Positions 1-12,514 of a DNA stretch of 64,000 bases are shown piece after piece. The DNA comes from Neovahlkampfia damariscottae (Eukaryota). Position 1 is the stretch's first letter; each line of letters begins with the position of its first letter. The translations under genes were made by a program, and so were the position numbers. Below the pieces are notes generated by a model. The model had not been told where the DNA came from, ran no database searches, and saw only the letters and a list, made by a program, of their open reading frames with translations. The stretch covers positions 1 to 64,000 of the forward strand of contig JABLTG010000100.1 of NCBI GenBank assembly GCA_016618085.1, read 5' to 3'.

Positions 1-130
1 CAAGTGTTCGAATACTACTGATTTTTCCTTCATTTGCCCATCGCTTGAGTGTTGAATTGCAAACACCGTACTGTTCTCTAACTTTTTTACTGGTGATATA
101 CTTTTCACTGGATTGATCATTTTTGTTCAT
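1..130 (-). mobile_element. tnpA: 5' end of IS607-family TnpA serine recombinase (MerR-like HTH), truncated by window edge
   Basis: Manual translation from ATG at 130: MNKNDQSSEKYITSKKVREQYGVCNSTLKRWANEGKISSIRTL. This matches the IS607 TnpA N-terminal pattern (GVxxxTLxRWxxxGKIxxxRT, normally followed by GGxRR). Not in the ORF track. Confidence 0.75.
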
Positions 131-463
131 CAACCAGTTTTCTTTATTTACTTGGTGTCTTTTCTACTTTTTCCATCCTTTTATAATTTTTTGGAATTTA
201 AAAAATCCATATATAGTTCATAAATGATTCCCAATGGTCACTTTACAACGGAAAAATCAAATACTCCAATTCAGTCGGTGAATCTGAAAATGTCATCAAT
301 AGAACATTAAACATAATTTTTCGTCCTGATCCAAAAAATCACATAAAAGATCTAGAAATCATGCAATTGATTCAAAATCAAAGAAAGGAATTGATGTACG
401 TACTTACTAAAATAAAAAATTTAATTTAAATAATTTCACATTTTCATCATACTACAATGGTAT

Positions 464-1048
464 CTAATGATGATATTTTTTACATCCTTTGCAAGGACAT
501 TGTTGAAAATCACAGATATTATCTACAATCCAACTTCTAAATTCCACCCATTTTCTGTTTCTTTTTGATTTGTGTTGATGACATGTTTTACAAACTTTTG
601 GTTTTGTTCCTCTTCTGATATTATATTTACATAAACCAAAAATACCAAGAGAACAAGTTCCATCAATTCCTTCAAAATGTTCAATAAACTGTGAAACCAA
701 ATTAACATAAGTATCTAAGTCTTCTGAATTGATATCTTGAAACTCAGTTTTGAGTAGGTCCAAATAGTTGTATAATTTTGTTTTAGTTTCTTTGTCAATT
801 GTAAATTCTCCTAATTCTCTTCCTAATTCTCTTTCTAGTAAACATCTCATTTTATTTTGATTTCCTACAAGCACTTTAATGACACTTTGTTGAGTCTCTA
901 TTTTTGTTTTTTTTGGTTTTGGTGTTTTAAATTCATGAATTATTTCTTGAAGGTGAAAGTCAACAAATAAAAAGTCATTATAGCAAAGGTTTCTCTGACA
1001 AGTTTCGGTAATGGTGGATGGTTTGATTATTTTTTCTGCGAGTTGCAT
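464..1048 (-). CDS. Hypothetical protein with C-terminal Cys/His cluster (possible zinc binding)
   Basis: 194-aa intronless ORF containing CSLGIFGLC, CKTC and CDFQQCPCKGCKKYHH; no family recognised. Confidence 0.5.
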   Translation of the reverse strand: MQLAEKIIKPSTITETCQRNLCYNDFLFVDFHLQEIIHEFKTPKPKKTKIETQQSVIKVLVGNQNKMRCLLERELGRELGEFTIDKETKTKLYNYLDLLKTEFQDINSEDLDTYVNLVSQFIEHFEGIDGTCSLGIFGLCKYNIRRGTKPKVCKTCHQHKSKRNRKWVEFRSWIVDNICDFQQCPCKGCKKYHH

Positions 1049-1163
1049 ATCTGACAGTGTTGGGTTGTATGTTTTTTTGAAGAAATTGTTTTCTATTTAT
1101 ATGTTCTTTCTTCTACATTCAACCACCAATGAAAATTTGGAAAATTTCAAAATTTGGTGGAAA

Positions 1164-1884
1164 TTAAAAAGCTCCAGAAAACTTGAAAAAAAAGATGTCA
1201 CAATAATAATGAAACCCTGCCAATTTAATCATCAACAAAGCGATATTCCATATTTTCGCTTTGAAAACAAGTAAAATTAACATTATGCAGTCCAGCCATA
1301 AAATACCCAAAAGAACAAGCATTAAATTTTGAGGTAAAAGAATAAATGAAATCTGAATTGTTAATTTGTGTTGAACATTTCGCTTTTGATTCCAATCACC
1401 GATAGAATTTATCCAATTGTGTGGACTTGCACCTGAATTGTCTCCATTGAAATGAAAGCAAACATACCAAGGATCAATTAACTTTTTGATTAATGGATTT
1501 TTGTTTAAAAAATCTTCCCATTGCAAATAAAAGTTGTCATAAGTTTGAACAGATAATTTTTTTGAATTTTTTAAATCAATAGAGCCTCTGCATTTCATTT
1601 TTTCAATAATATTTTCTCTTTCTTTTTTTCGTCCATTTCGCCCATGTTTTTTTTGAAATATCTTTGATACTATCGTAAAGTTCATCAGCTGTTATTGTAG
1701 GTTGCACATAAGGAGGACAACTTTCTTCAAGTTCTGGTTCAATAAAAATTCTTTTTTTGTTTGAAGAAACTTCAGTTTTCATCACAAATAAAGTCACAGG
1801 CATGGAAACTTGAATAACCAACAGACATTGAATTCTTTCCTTTTTGGACTCGGAAAATTTGTTATTAATAGCAACCAATGACAA
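1164..1884 (-). CDS. Hypothetical, two overlapping frames (possible broken gene)
   Basis: ORFs 1603-1884 and 1164-1685 overlap in different frames with no obvious intron; no family recognised. Confidence 0.25.
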
Positions 1885-1901
1885 ACAAATCTAATTGACC
1901 A

Positions 1902-2693
1902 ATGAACAACTTAAGTGTTTTTTCTTCAAAGGCAACAAGACATGACGAATTTATTTTAAAAATCTTTGGAATAAAAGATATTAAAACAGAAAATAAAACA
2001 TCTTTCATCACCCATGAAATAATGACGAAATATTATACCTCAAACATTAACGTACATTGGATTGGAATCTTTGAAGAAAAAGAAGAAAACCATGATGACA
2101 TCATTTCAAATTCACAATCTTGTATTTTGATCATCGAAGATTATAAAGATTTCAATGCTTTAAAGAAATATTACTACAATTTACTCTCAAAAGATAAATC
2201 ATTTGATTCTTCCATGTTCGTACTTGTTGATAATAATTTTGAAAAAGAAGAATTTGAAACAATGTTCACTTGGAGTAATGAAGAAGGTCTTGAGTTTATA
2301 GATTTCAATGAAGAACCAACAGAAGAAAAAGTTGAAAGAAGAAATAAAGTAGGTATTGATAGATTACATGAAGTTTTGGAATGTACAATTTGGCCAGAAA
2401 CAAAGAAACCAGAAAAAAACGAAGTTAAAAAAATAGAAGAAAAACAAATCACATTTGATGAAAATTTTTTTAAGAATATGATTCATGAACTCGAAAATGA
2501 AGAACCAAAAGATGAATTCGAAAAAGAAATGGATCAAATGGATAAACTATTTCAAGAAATGGTAGATTTGAAAATGCATGGTGGAGATTTAAATCATGAA
2601 GTTAGAAAAGAAAAAGCTGCAAAATTAGCTATGAATTTATTTTCAATGCTTGAGGAACAAGAAGTGAATGAAGAAGAGGAAGATGAAAATTGA
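1902..2693 (+). CDS. AAGAB: Alpha- and gamma-adaptin-binding protein p34-like
   Basis: TKYYTSNINVHW, GIDRLHEVLECTIWP and C-terminal RKEKAAKLAMNL with an acidic tail fit the adaptin-binding family. Confidence 0.8.
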   Translation: MNNLSVFSSKATRHDEFILKIFGIKDIKTENKTSFITHEIMTKYYTSNINVHWIGIFEEKEENHDDIISNSQSCILIIEDYKDFNALKKYYYNLLSKDKSFDSSMFVLVDNNFEKEEFETMFTWSNEEGLEFIDFNEEPTEEKVERRNKVGIDRLHEVLECTIWPETKKPEKNEVKKIEEKQITFDENFFKNMIHELENEEPKDEFEKEMDQMDKLFQEMVDLKMHGGDLNHEVRKEKAAKLAMNLFSMLEEQEVNEEEEDEN

Positions 2694-2849
2694 ATAAATT
2701 AATAGAATGTTGGATTATTTTTAGAAAAATATAGAAGCTTCCATTGTTAACATTTGAGGTTCTAAACGATGTTGATTGGACAAAAAAAACAATAAAATTA
2801 GAATGTTCAAGTGCAGAATATCAAATCAAACAAAACACCAACACAACAA

Positions 2850-3434
2850 ATGTCTTTCAATTATTCCCAACTTCAAGATGAACAAGTATATGTACAACAA
2901 CCACAATTCCAACAACCACAAGTAAATGTTCAACAACCACAACAATTCTATCCACAACAACCACAAGTTGTCTATGTACAAAATTCTCAACAACCAAATT
3001 TCACACAACAATATTATCATCAATCAAAAGAATTTGAATATCCACAACAATCATCACAATCTCAAAATGCTATCCCTGTAAATCCAATGAATCCACAACA
3101 AACAAATTTTCAAAGTCCACAACTTTCAAGAACAACTGTAATTTTTATCTTAAGTGCAATATTTCCTGGTTTAGGACATATTGTCCTTGGTCAACTTTAC
3201 AAAGGACTTTTTATTGTTTTATTATGGATTGTTTCATTGTACGCATTTGCTTCTTTGATTCCTCTTACTGGAGGAATGATTTTATTTGCTTCTCCTTTCG
3301 TTCTTTCATTTATTTGGTTCTTTGCTACAATTGATTCATCTCTTACTCAAAAAAAATTCGAAAGTGGTGAAGCTATTCTTCAAGAAGTCAAAATTACAAA
3401 AGAGCAATTAGAATTATTGAATCAACAAAAATAA
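2850..3434 (+). CDS. Gln/Pro-rich N-terminus plus TM2-like membrane domain
   Basis: QQPQ repeats, then ILSAIFPGLGHIVLGQLYKG and hydrophobic helices; first ATG at 2850. Confidence 0.65.
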   Translation: MSFNYSQLQDEQVYVQQPQFQQPQVNVQQPQQFYPQQPQVVYVQNSQQPNFTQQYYHQSKEFEYPQQSSQSQNAIPVNPMNPQQTNFQSPQLSRTTVIFILSAIFPGLGHIVLGQLYKGLFIVLLWIVSLYAFASLIPLTGGMILFASPFVLSFIWFFATIDSSLTQKKFESGEAILQEVKITKEQLELLNQQK

Positions 3435-3635
3435 AATAAAAATTAATCTGCTTTATTGACGACCACTGTTGGAGAATTCCTTTCCCAAAAAAATTTCACT
3501 TTCATTTTGATTTGACCAATCATTCCCACTCAAAAAAAAAAGAAAACAAAATTAATTTTAATTTGGAAATCAAATATTATTATAGATGAAAGATTCTTCT
3601 TTTATTCGTTCCAAAACAATAATCCAATCAAAACG

Positions 3636-6471
3636 ATGAACTTCTTTAAGTCAAAAAAGCCACCAAGATGCTTTGAAAGAAACATCGAGGAAATGGTGGA
3701 AGAAGAAAAACAACTCTTTCAAAATGAATTTGATGGTGTACCGATGAATTTAGAAATTTCTGTGTCAGTTTTAGAAAAACAAGATTTCAAACAAGGTTTT
3801 GAAGAAAAAAAAACATTAAAAAATAAAAACAGGTTTATTTCGTATCTCAGGAAATGCAAATATAATTAAACAATGGATGGCAAAATGTGATTCAAACGAA
3901 ATAAAAAAATCTCATGTTGAGAGTTTAAAAAAAGAATTAGAAAAAGAGGTAAAAACAACAGAAGGACAATATGCTATTGCTGGGTTTATGAAAAAATATT
4001 TATTAACACTACCAAATCCTGTTATAAATTTTCAAATGTTTCCAAAATTCGTCTCAAGTTAGTCACTCACTTTTTTTTAACAAATAAAAAAAAACTTAGT
4101 TTGTGAAATGGAAGACAATGACAAGAGAATAAATACTTTAAGAGAATGTGTGAATGAACTATCAACTATAAGAAAAAAAACTGTCAAAAGGTTACTGGGT
4201 TTATTTAAAAAAATTAGTTTGGAAGCTGAAAAGAACCAGATGCATGCTGAAAATTTAGGTAAAAAGTTTTTTTTTTTTTTTAAATATTTCTAGCTACTGC
4301 CGTAGGTCCTTCAATTCTAAGAAATAGAGATATGTCCACAATGGCAGGATTTCAATCTTTAAAAAATGCCCAATTTTGTTTTACGACCATGATTTTAAAT
4401 TATGAATACATTTTTCAGGTAAGAAGTTTTTTAGTCATTTATGAGTTGTTTTTAGGATGTTGGTTCAAGTGAAAGTCCAACTGATAATGTTGAAGTGGAA
4501 CATCAAATGGATGAAATTATTCAATCACCAAAAGTTCCAAAAACACCTTTGAAATCAAAAGAATCACAAAAAGATTTGAAGATTTATCTGGATATGCAAA
4601 AAGATGCTGAAACTTCTTCTGAAATGTCAAAAGTAAATTCAAAACCAAAACCACCCAAACCTGGAAAAAAAAAAGGACCTCCTAAAATTGGAGGACCTAC
4701 TTTAGTTACTTCAACACAAAATTTAGATGAAATAAAAATGGTTGATAAAACTGCAATTCAAGAAACTCATTCAACCAATGAGGAAACACATCAAGAACCA
4801 CAAAAAGGTGTTTTTTTTAAAAAGTTATTTGGAAAGAATCAAGACAATTATCATTCAGATTGGCCAAATCCAGATGCTGAAATTGGAGCACCTTCAAATT
4901 TCTCTCATGATGATCATGCTGATATTGATAGCACCGGAAGTGTAGTTTACAAAGGTAAAAATGAACATTTAGAAAGATCAGTTAAAGCATTATCAAGACC
5001 TTTACCACCTCCAAAACAGAATGTAAAAATTCCAAAAGTGGAAGTTGAATTGGATGAAGAAGAAAGAAAAAGTCAAGTGAATACACCTGTTGATTTACCT
5101 CATGAAGAAGAAGAAGAATTTGAATCTCCATCAAGAAGTCCACCAAAAACACCAAGACAAATGGAAGAACAAGAAGATTCAAATGATATATTATCAAGAT
5201 TAAAAAATCAATTTGCACAAAAAAAACATGAAGAAGAAGATGAAGAAGAAGAAGAATATCATGAAGATGAAGTTCATGAAGAAGAAAAACAAGATGGATA
5301 TAAACCAGATCCTGAGATTGAAAAACCAAAATCAAGTCAAAATCAAAGACCAAGTTACATGATGGATGAATTAAAAAATAAAATGGAAGCACCAAAGAAC
5401 AAACCTAGACCTCCTTCTCAATATGAAAAACCAAAACTTATTAGTCGACTGAGTGATGCTGATGAAGAAGAAGAAGAAATTTTTGTTGAAAAGAAACCTC
5501 CAACACCACAAAATTTGATGATGGATGAATTGAAAAATAGATTTCCTGTTGGTTCTGATGTAAAACTTAATGAACAAAACTCAAAACCAAAAAGACCAAT
5601 TCCTAGCAGTACACCACCTCCTCTAAAAGAAGACAATGAAAAAATGGTGAAAAAACCACAAAGAAAGGATACAGCAACTTCTGTAACTCTTGGACAAAAA
5701 CCATTTTCTATTGACACATGGAATGAAAATGTTGATTTCAAAAAACCTCTTGAAAAGAGAAAGTCTCAAAATATGATGAATGAATTGAAGAATAAATTAC
5801 CAAAGGATGAAAATAAAACTGAATTGAAAAGACCAAAGCCACCAACAAATACTTCATCTTTAGATAAACCACAAAATTCAGATGTTAAATTACCAAGACC
5901 TCCTTCATTTTCTTCAAGAAATAGTTCTTCATCAACACCAAAAAGACCATTGCCAAAAGATACAGAACCTCCTTCACCACAAATCAAACCATTTAGGGAA
6001 CCAGGAACACCAATCAAACCACCAAAACCAACATTTGAAATTGAAACGAAACCAAATGCTCCAAGAAGAACTTCACCAAAAGAAGAACCACCTTCACCAA
6101 AACAAGTACCAAAAGTACCACGTAAAGATAATTCTCTCAATCATTTTGAAGATCATACTATCAATTCATCGTTGCCACTTGATTTGAGATCGAGTCTGTC
6201 TTCAAAAAAACCACATCCTCCTTCAGTTGAAAAATCAAAACCACTTCCACCAAAAGGTGAAAAAGTTACTAAACCACCTCCTCCAAAAGGTGAGAAATCA
6301 AAACCACCTCCACCAAAAGGTGAAAAAGTTAAACTTCCACCAAAAGGTAATAAAGTTAAACCTCCACCACCAAAGGGAGAAAAGATGAAACCACCTCCAC
6401 CAAAAGGAGAACGACCTTCAAAACCTAATGGTCCAAAAAAACCAAAACCAACTTCAGAGGAAGTGAAATAA
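3636..6471 (+). CDS. RhoGAP with CRIB-like motif and long Pro-rich tail (about 4 introns)
   Basis: Spliced translation gives the arginine finger GLFRISG (about 3833-3852), FMKKYLLTLPNPVI and NQMHAENLATAVGPSILR; the last exon is Pro/Lys-rich. Confidence 0.85.
6241..6411 (+). repeat. Coding tandem repeat of about PPPPKGEK (six copies)
   Basis: PLPPKGEKVTKPPPPKGEKSKPPPPKGEKVKLPPKGNKVKPPPPKGEKMKPPPPKGE. Confidence 0.9.
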
Positions 6472-6566
6472 CTTAAAAAAAAATATGTTACATTATTTAT
6501 TAAACTTATGAATAAATTTTATGGGATTTTTAATTCAACCAATCAAACATAATTTAACTGAATTCG

Positions 6567-7446
6567 ATGATGAATGAAGAGTTGATTTTTGAAAAAATAT
6601 TGATAAACAATCGTGATTTGAAATCTTGTTTTATTTTGTGTCATGATTCCAAAAATCAAAAGGCTATTTTAATTTTGAATAAATTAACATTCTCTGAAGA
6701 TCAAATAAAGAAAATTTTATCAAAAGAAACAAAAAAGGAAACAGTTCAGGACAATGAAAAATACTCAAAACATAAAATATTTTATAAAGAAGAAATTGTG
6801 GACTCAAATTTGATTTATCCTGCCTCTGAAAAAGAAATTTTAAAATATTCACCTCAAAACTATTTTTATTTCAAAGAGGATTCTTTGACTTATGAAAATG
6901 TTGTTAAACCTTATATTGATGAAAATAGTAAAGTGTTGTGGATTGAAAATTTGATTAATAAAACATCAAAAGAAGAAATCTTATTTGAAAATGAAAACTT
7001 CATTTTATGCCCAAATCCAAAATGGAACCAGAATGATATCGAAGAATTAAATTGTTTATTAGTTATAAAAGATTCTACTATTAAATCTGTAAGAGATTTA
7101 AATTCATATAAATTGGTTGAAAACATGCAAACAGAAACCATGAAATTTTTGAATTCTCGATTCAATGCATCTTCATCAAAAATCATTGGATATATTCATT
7201 ATTTGCCAACTTATTGGCATTTTCACATTCATTTTTCATCAATATCATCTCCAATTTTTGGTAGAGATCAATGTATTGGGAAAGCCATACTGTTAAGTAA
7301 ACATAAAAAATAATTCACCGCCTCAAGATGACATTATCCAAAATTTAAAATTGAAAAGTGATTATTACAAAGATACAACTTTAATCTATACCATAGGTGA
7401 ATTTCACCCATTATTTCAAATTTTGAAAGATAAAAATTTATTATGA
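6567..7446 (+). CDS. DCPS: m7GpppX diphosphatase (scavenger decapping enzyme)
   Basis: LIYPASEKEILKY, IKSVRDL and HIT motif HYLPTYWHFHIHF. An intron at about 7297-7327 restores ILLNDIIQNL; stop at 7444-7446. Confidence 0.92.
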
Positions 7447-7451
7447 AAATT

Positions 7452-9678
7452 TTATGTTCCATAACGATGACGATATGAAATTGAAGGAAGACTTAATTCA
7501 ATATCTTTCTTTGGTTTATAAACTAAAAGACATTGATTTTCTTTAATTAATTGACTACATAAACAAACACCTTTTGGAAGATCTGTGATTTCTGAATTCG
7601 TTCCTAGAAACATTCTCATTGCGTCACATTTCACAATGTCATATTCAGTTGGAATAATATCTAAAATTGGAAAAGCTGTTGATAATCTAACTGCTGTTAT
7701 TTTTCCTTCTTTTTGTAGAGTGTATGTAATCAAAGTATTTCCTTCCCTTAAAATTGAAAATTGGTCATCGTTGATTGATGCAATTTTATAAATTTGATGA
7801 TTTCCGATGGATGAATCTATCAATGGATTCTTTTCATATGCTTCTTTTGTTAAATCATAAACGTAGACATCCGAATTGAAACAAATTATTAACAAATTAT
7901 TTTGAGTTTTCATTGATTGGATTGAATTTAAAGTTGTTTCTCTTTTTTTATCATTAACATAAAATATTTTTTCTAATTTTTTCTCTTCAATGTTATAAAC
8001 TTGAATTCTATTGGATAATGAGGCAACTATTAAATTTTTTGAATTTGAGGTAAATTCAACTTTATGACCTGGCTCAATAACATCAGTTAAATCAATTTCA
8101 TCAGAAATTTGATCTCCATTGATTCTATAAAGTTTGACAAAATCAATACCAACAACAGCAATAAATTCTCCATTTGAAGAAATTGAGAAATCAGAAAAAT
8201 TCCATCCATTTTCACTCTTTGGTTCAAAAGAAACAAGTAATGATGGAGATTTTGAAATTTCAGCCGTTTTTTCGGCAAATGAGATTTCAGTGCTTGGTAA
8301 TCTCGTCAAATACAAACGATTATCATTGTCAGTTAGTAAAATCAAATTTGAATTGTTTGAGTATCTTATGATTTCATTAGATACAAAGTTTTCAGATCGA
8401 ATTAAACTATTTTCATTTCTATTGATTCCAAATTTTGAAAGATAAATCAAACTACCATCAACACCACCTGAAATAATACCTCCATTAAAATATTGTAAAT
8501 GATAAATATCATGGAAATGAGGGTTTTTCTTTGAAGTAAATTCCCATTTTCTATTTTTCAATTTTGAAAATAATATAATTATTCCATCTGTACCTGCTAC
8601 AAAAATTTGATCATTTCTTTCGTTTGTTGTCATTGATAAAACATCATTCTTGAGTGATGATCTTAAAGTTTGAATAATCACACCATGAACTGAATCACAA
8701 AAATGAATGTTTCCTGATGAATCTCCAACAACCAATGTTGAATCACTAAAAAGTCAGATTTCTATAATAATTTCAAACTTGAGATGTAATATAGACCAAA
8801 CTATACCAGTTTCAATTGAAATTTTGTATTTCATTTCATAGGAATTCGTATCATAACAATATGCTCCTGTTAATCCACCAACAAAAATTCTTGTTCCATC
8901 TGAGTTAAAAGTTGAACATAATAATCTATTTCCTTCATATTCAGAAACTAAATGGTTATAATTGTTAATTCTGTTTTACTATGTTCCACATTTGGCACTT
9001 TCTCAACTTTTGTGAGTCCAAATATTTTTATAAATTTTAAATCTTTGTCAAGAAGTAAAATTTTTCCATTTTCAGTTGTACAAGCAATATGATTTTCATA
9101 ATTAGACATTGACCAAATTGCACCTCCAAATGAATTACTTGTTTTCTATTTGGAAAAAATTAACTTTTTTTTAAAGAAATACTTTTGGTGATAATGTTTC
9201 AAGGTCCCATTCTGTAACAACTCCATGAAGCCCAGCTGTATAAAATCTTTCTTTTTTATCAAAATTTAACCATAGCATTCCATGAACAGTTGTTTCTTTT
9301 CTTCCAGGAATAGTCTTTTGAAAAAAAATTAATAGAGTGAATATAAACCTTGAAAGGAAACCATTGTTTTACCTTTACATTCCAAAATTGAATTTCTCCA
9401 TTGAATCTAGCAATTGCCAAAATTGTTTTTTTTTTATTCAAACACATTGATTGAATTCCTTGATATTTATAATTTTTGAAATTGAATTTATGTAAAGCAA
9501 CATCATGAGAGTGAGTCACTTTTTGTTTTTTATTTGAAACTTCATTTTCTTCTCTTTTTGTTTTGTTGAATTTTGAAGTGTTCATTACTTTTTTGACTGA
9601 TTTTTCATTTTCATTTTCATTGATTTTCATATTGTTTTGTGAAGTTAGAGCATCCACTGGCGCCACTTTGTCTTTCAT
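7452..9678 (-). CDS. UTP4: U3 snoRNA-associated protein 4 (cirhin)-like WD40 protein, multi-exon
   Basis: LAIARFNGEIQFWN, AGLHGVVTEWD, GGAIWSM, VVGDSSGNIHFCD and GGVDG occur in the UTP4 order. Confidence 0.75.
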
Positions 9679-9729
9679 TTTTTGTTGCAATGAAAACGAA
9701 AGATGATTGGTCAACTCTGTTCTAAAGAA

Positions 9730-12092
9730 ATGAGTTCATTAGAAGAAAGAACAGCAAGAAATAGACAATCCATGTCAAAAATGGCTTTATTTGAATCAAC
9801 AGTTAGAAAATCAGAAAGAAATAGATCCTTTGTCAATCGAAAAAGTGATGATTTTGAAAATAATGATTCTCCAAGAAGAATTCCTTTCCTAACGAATGAT
9901 TTGTATTCTCTTGACTTACCAACAAACAAATGGTCAAGAATAGATACATCAGGAAAAGTACCTTCAGAAATTGAATATCACAATAGTGTCATACATGAAG
10001 ATTGTATGTACACTTTTGGAGGTTTGTTTTCAGAAAATTAAAAAAAAGGATATGATGGTGTTAGGACAAATTCTCTATTTTTATATAATTTTAAAACAAA
10101 AGAATGGAAATTACTAAAATGTACCGGAGATATTCCAACTTACAGACAAGAAAGTAATTTTGAAAAAATTAACATAAAATTACAGGTTCTTGTTGTGTTT
10201 ATAATGATAATTTGTATATTTTTGGTGGATGGGATATATCTTGCACAAATGATTTATACATACTAGATTTGAAAAAATTAAGGTTCCAAAGAATTTTTGC
10301 ACTTGGACAAATTCCCACTAAAAGGTATAAACATTCTGCTGTTATTTATAAACATTCAATGTATATTTTTGGTGGTCGAGATAACCATGGATTCCAATTG
10401 AATGATTTTCTTGAATTCAATATCAAAAAACAGTTATGGATTAAAATAGGAGGTGAGTCAAAAGGAAATGATAATATCCCTGCAAAATTATCGGGACATA
10501 CAGCAATAGTATATAAATCTTCAATGTATGGTAAGAATAAAGATCAAAAAGAATTCTTAACTTTTTGAGTATTTGGTGGTATTGATAGGTTAAAAAATTA
10601 TTCCAACTCTGTATATGAATTTAACTTTGAAACGAAAAAATGGAAATTATTTGAAGTTAAAGGAAGAATACCAAGTAAAAGATATTCACATTCCGCTATT
10701 TTGTATAATGAAAAAATGTATATCTTTGGTGGATTCAATGGTTTAACAATGTTGAATGAAGTTTATGAATTAGACTTTAATAATCAAAATGGTCCAATTT
10801 GGAAATTTGTATCTACAAGTGGTAAAATATGTGGTAGAAAAGGACATTCTTCTGTCATCAGAAATGATCAAATTTTCATTTTTGGAGGTGACGAAAAAAC
10901 AGATGATTCATTCAATGATAAAAAGATATTGAAATTTCTGAGTCAATTTTTAGAAGAAAAAAGTTATTCTGATGTTCAAGTTGCGTTAAAAACCAAAAAC
11001 TTTTATTTACATAAATTTATCATTTCACAATCAAACTACTTCAAAAACATGTTAAATGAAGAAATTTCAAAAATAGATTTAGACATCAATATTGAAATTG
11101 AAACTTTTGAATTGATAGTTAAATTCATGTATACTGGTGAAATTAAAACAAAAGATCCTATTCTTTTAGTGAAATTAATTGAAGCTTCTTCAATTTTTGA
11201 AATTGAAGAAATTTCAAAATATTGTTATTCAATCATTTATCAAAAAATTTCAATTGAAAATGTTTTACCAATTTTGATTGTTTCAAATGACTTAAAGATT
11301 AAAAGCGTTAAAGATATCTGCTTTAACTTCTTTTTGAAAAATAAAACAGAATTCATGAAAAAAATCAAGGTTGAATTACCTAATGAATTATTATTCGAAT
11401 TATTGCATGTATCAACATTTATGGATGTACCTGAAAAATTTGATCTTTCAAATATCGATTTTTTAGGCAGAAATCTTTGTTGTCATATTTTAAAGTTGAT
11501 TGAAAATCCTATTTTTTCAGATTTGACAATTGAAACTCAAGATCAAAAATTTAGAACACACAAACTTTTTCTTTCAAAAGTATCAAAATATTTTGATCAA
11601 ATTTTAATTGAAAACCCAAGGATTGAAAAAATCTACTTGGAGGATGAAATTCAATTTGAGACTTTAAAATATTTGATTGAATTCATTTATAAACAGGATA
11701 TTGATGTACTTTTATTGACTTTAAAAGAGTTAGTTAGTATCATTAAAATGTCTGATGTGTTGGAAATACCTCAATTATTGACTTGTTCTGCGAAAAATTT
11801 ACAATCATTTTTATCCACTGAAAATGCATTAGAGATCATGCAATGTTGTGTTGATTATAAAGTGGAACAAGAATTAGAAGAAAGATGTTGGAGAATTGTT
11901 AAGTCAACTCATGTTGATGAAATCTCTTCTGTTATTGTCCAAAGGCAAATTGATCAAATTGATGAGATAATTACAGTCAGGAATGAGTTTCAAAAAAATG
12001 AATTAAAAATGAAGGAGTTTGATTTAGAATTTGACGAAAGAACAAAAGAAATTGAGAAATTAATCAACGAAATCAATTCTATGGTTGATTAA
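9730..12092 (+). CDS. Kelch-repeat plus tandem BTB/BACK protein (LZTR1-like), multi-exon
   Basis: Repeated HSAVIY..MYIFGG kelch units, then two BTB domains (YSDVQV..FYLHKFII and FSDLTI..FRTHKLFL). Confidence 0.85.
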
Positions 12093-12514
12093 AATTTGGA
12101 ATATCGATTTGAAGAGTGTTGGATGTATTTTCATCAGGTTTCTTTATTTTTGAATCACAGAGTTTGTTTTAATTAATTGATGTGTATGATAACAATTTGT
12201 TCTCCATAAAGATATAAAATAAAGAAAGAAATGACTAAAATATATTTGTCCATTATTTTGGTAAAATGTTATCAATTTTAACTTGCATCATTGAATAACT
12301 TTGTTGTTTTTCGAATTCATCACGTTTTTTGGTAATATGGTTTTCAATTGAAAGTTTCAACTTGAACTGTTCCAAAACTGGATTCCAATGGGATTCATCA
12401 AAAAACAATGGAGGGTTTACTTGCTCTTTTCAACCTCTTTAAAATTCAGTTGAAAAAATGAAACATTAAAACAACTTGATTCTGATTTCTAAGGCATGTT
12501 TATATTATATCTAA

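Noticed and set aside
12253..12420. Short minus-strand open frame (PPLFFDESHWNPV...)
   Set aside because: It has no clear start and no recognisable homology, so it cannot be supported.
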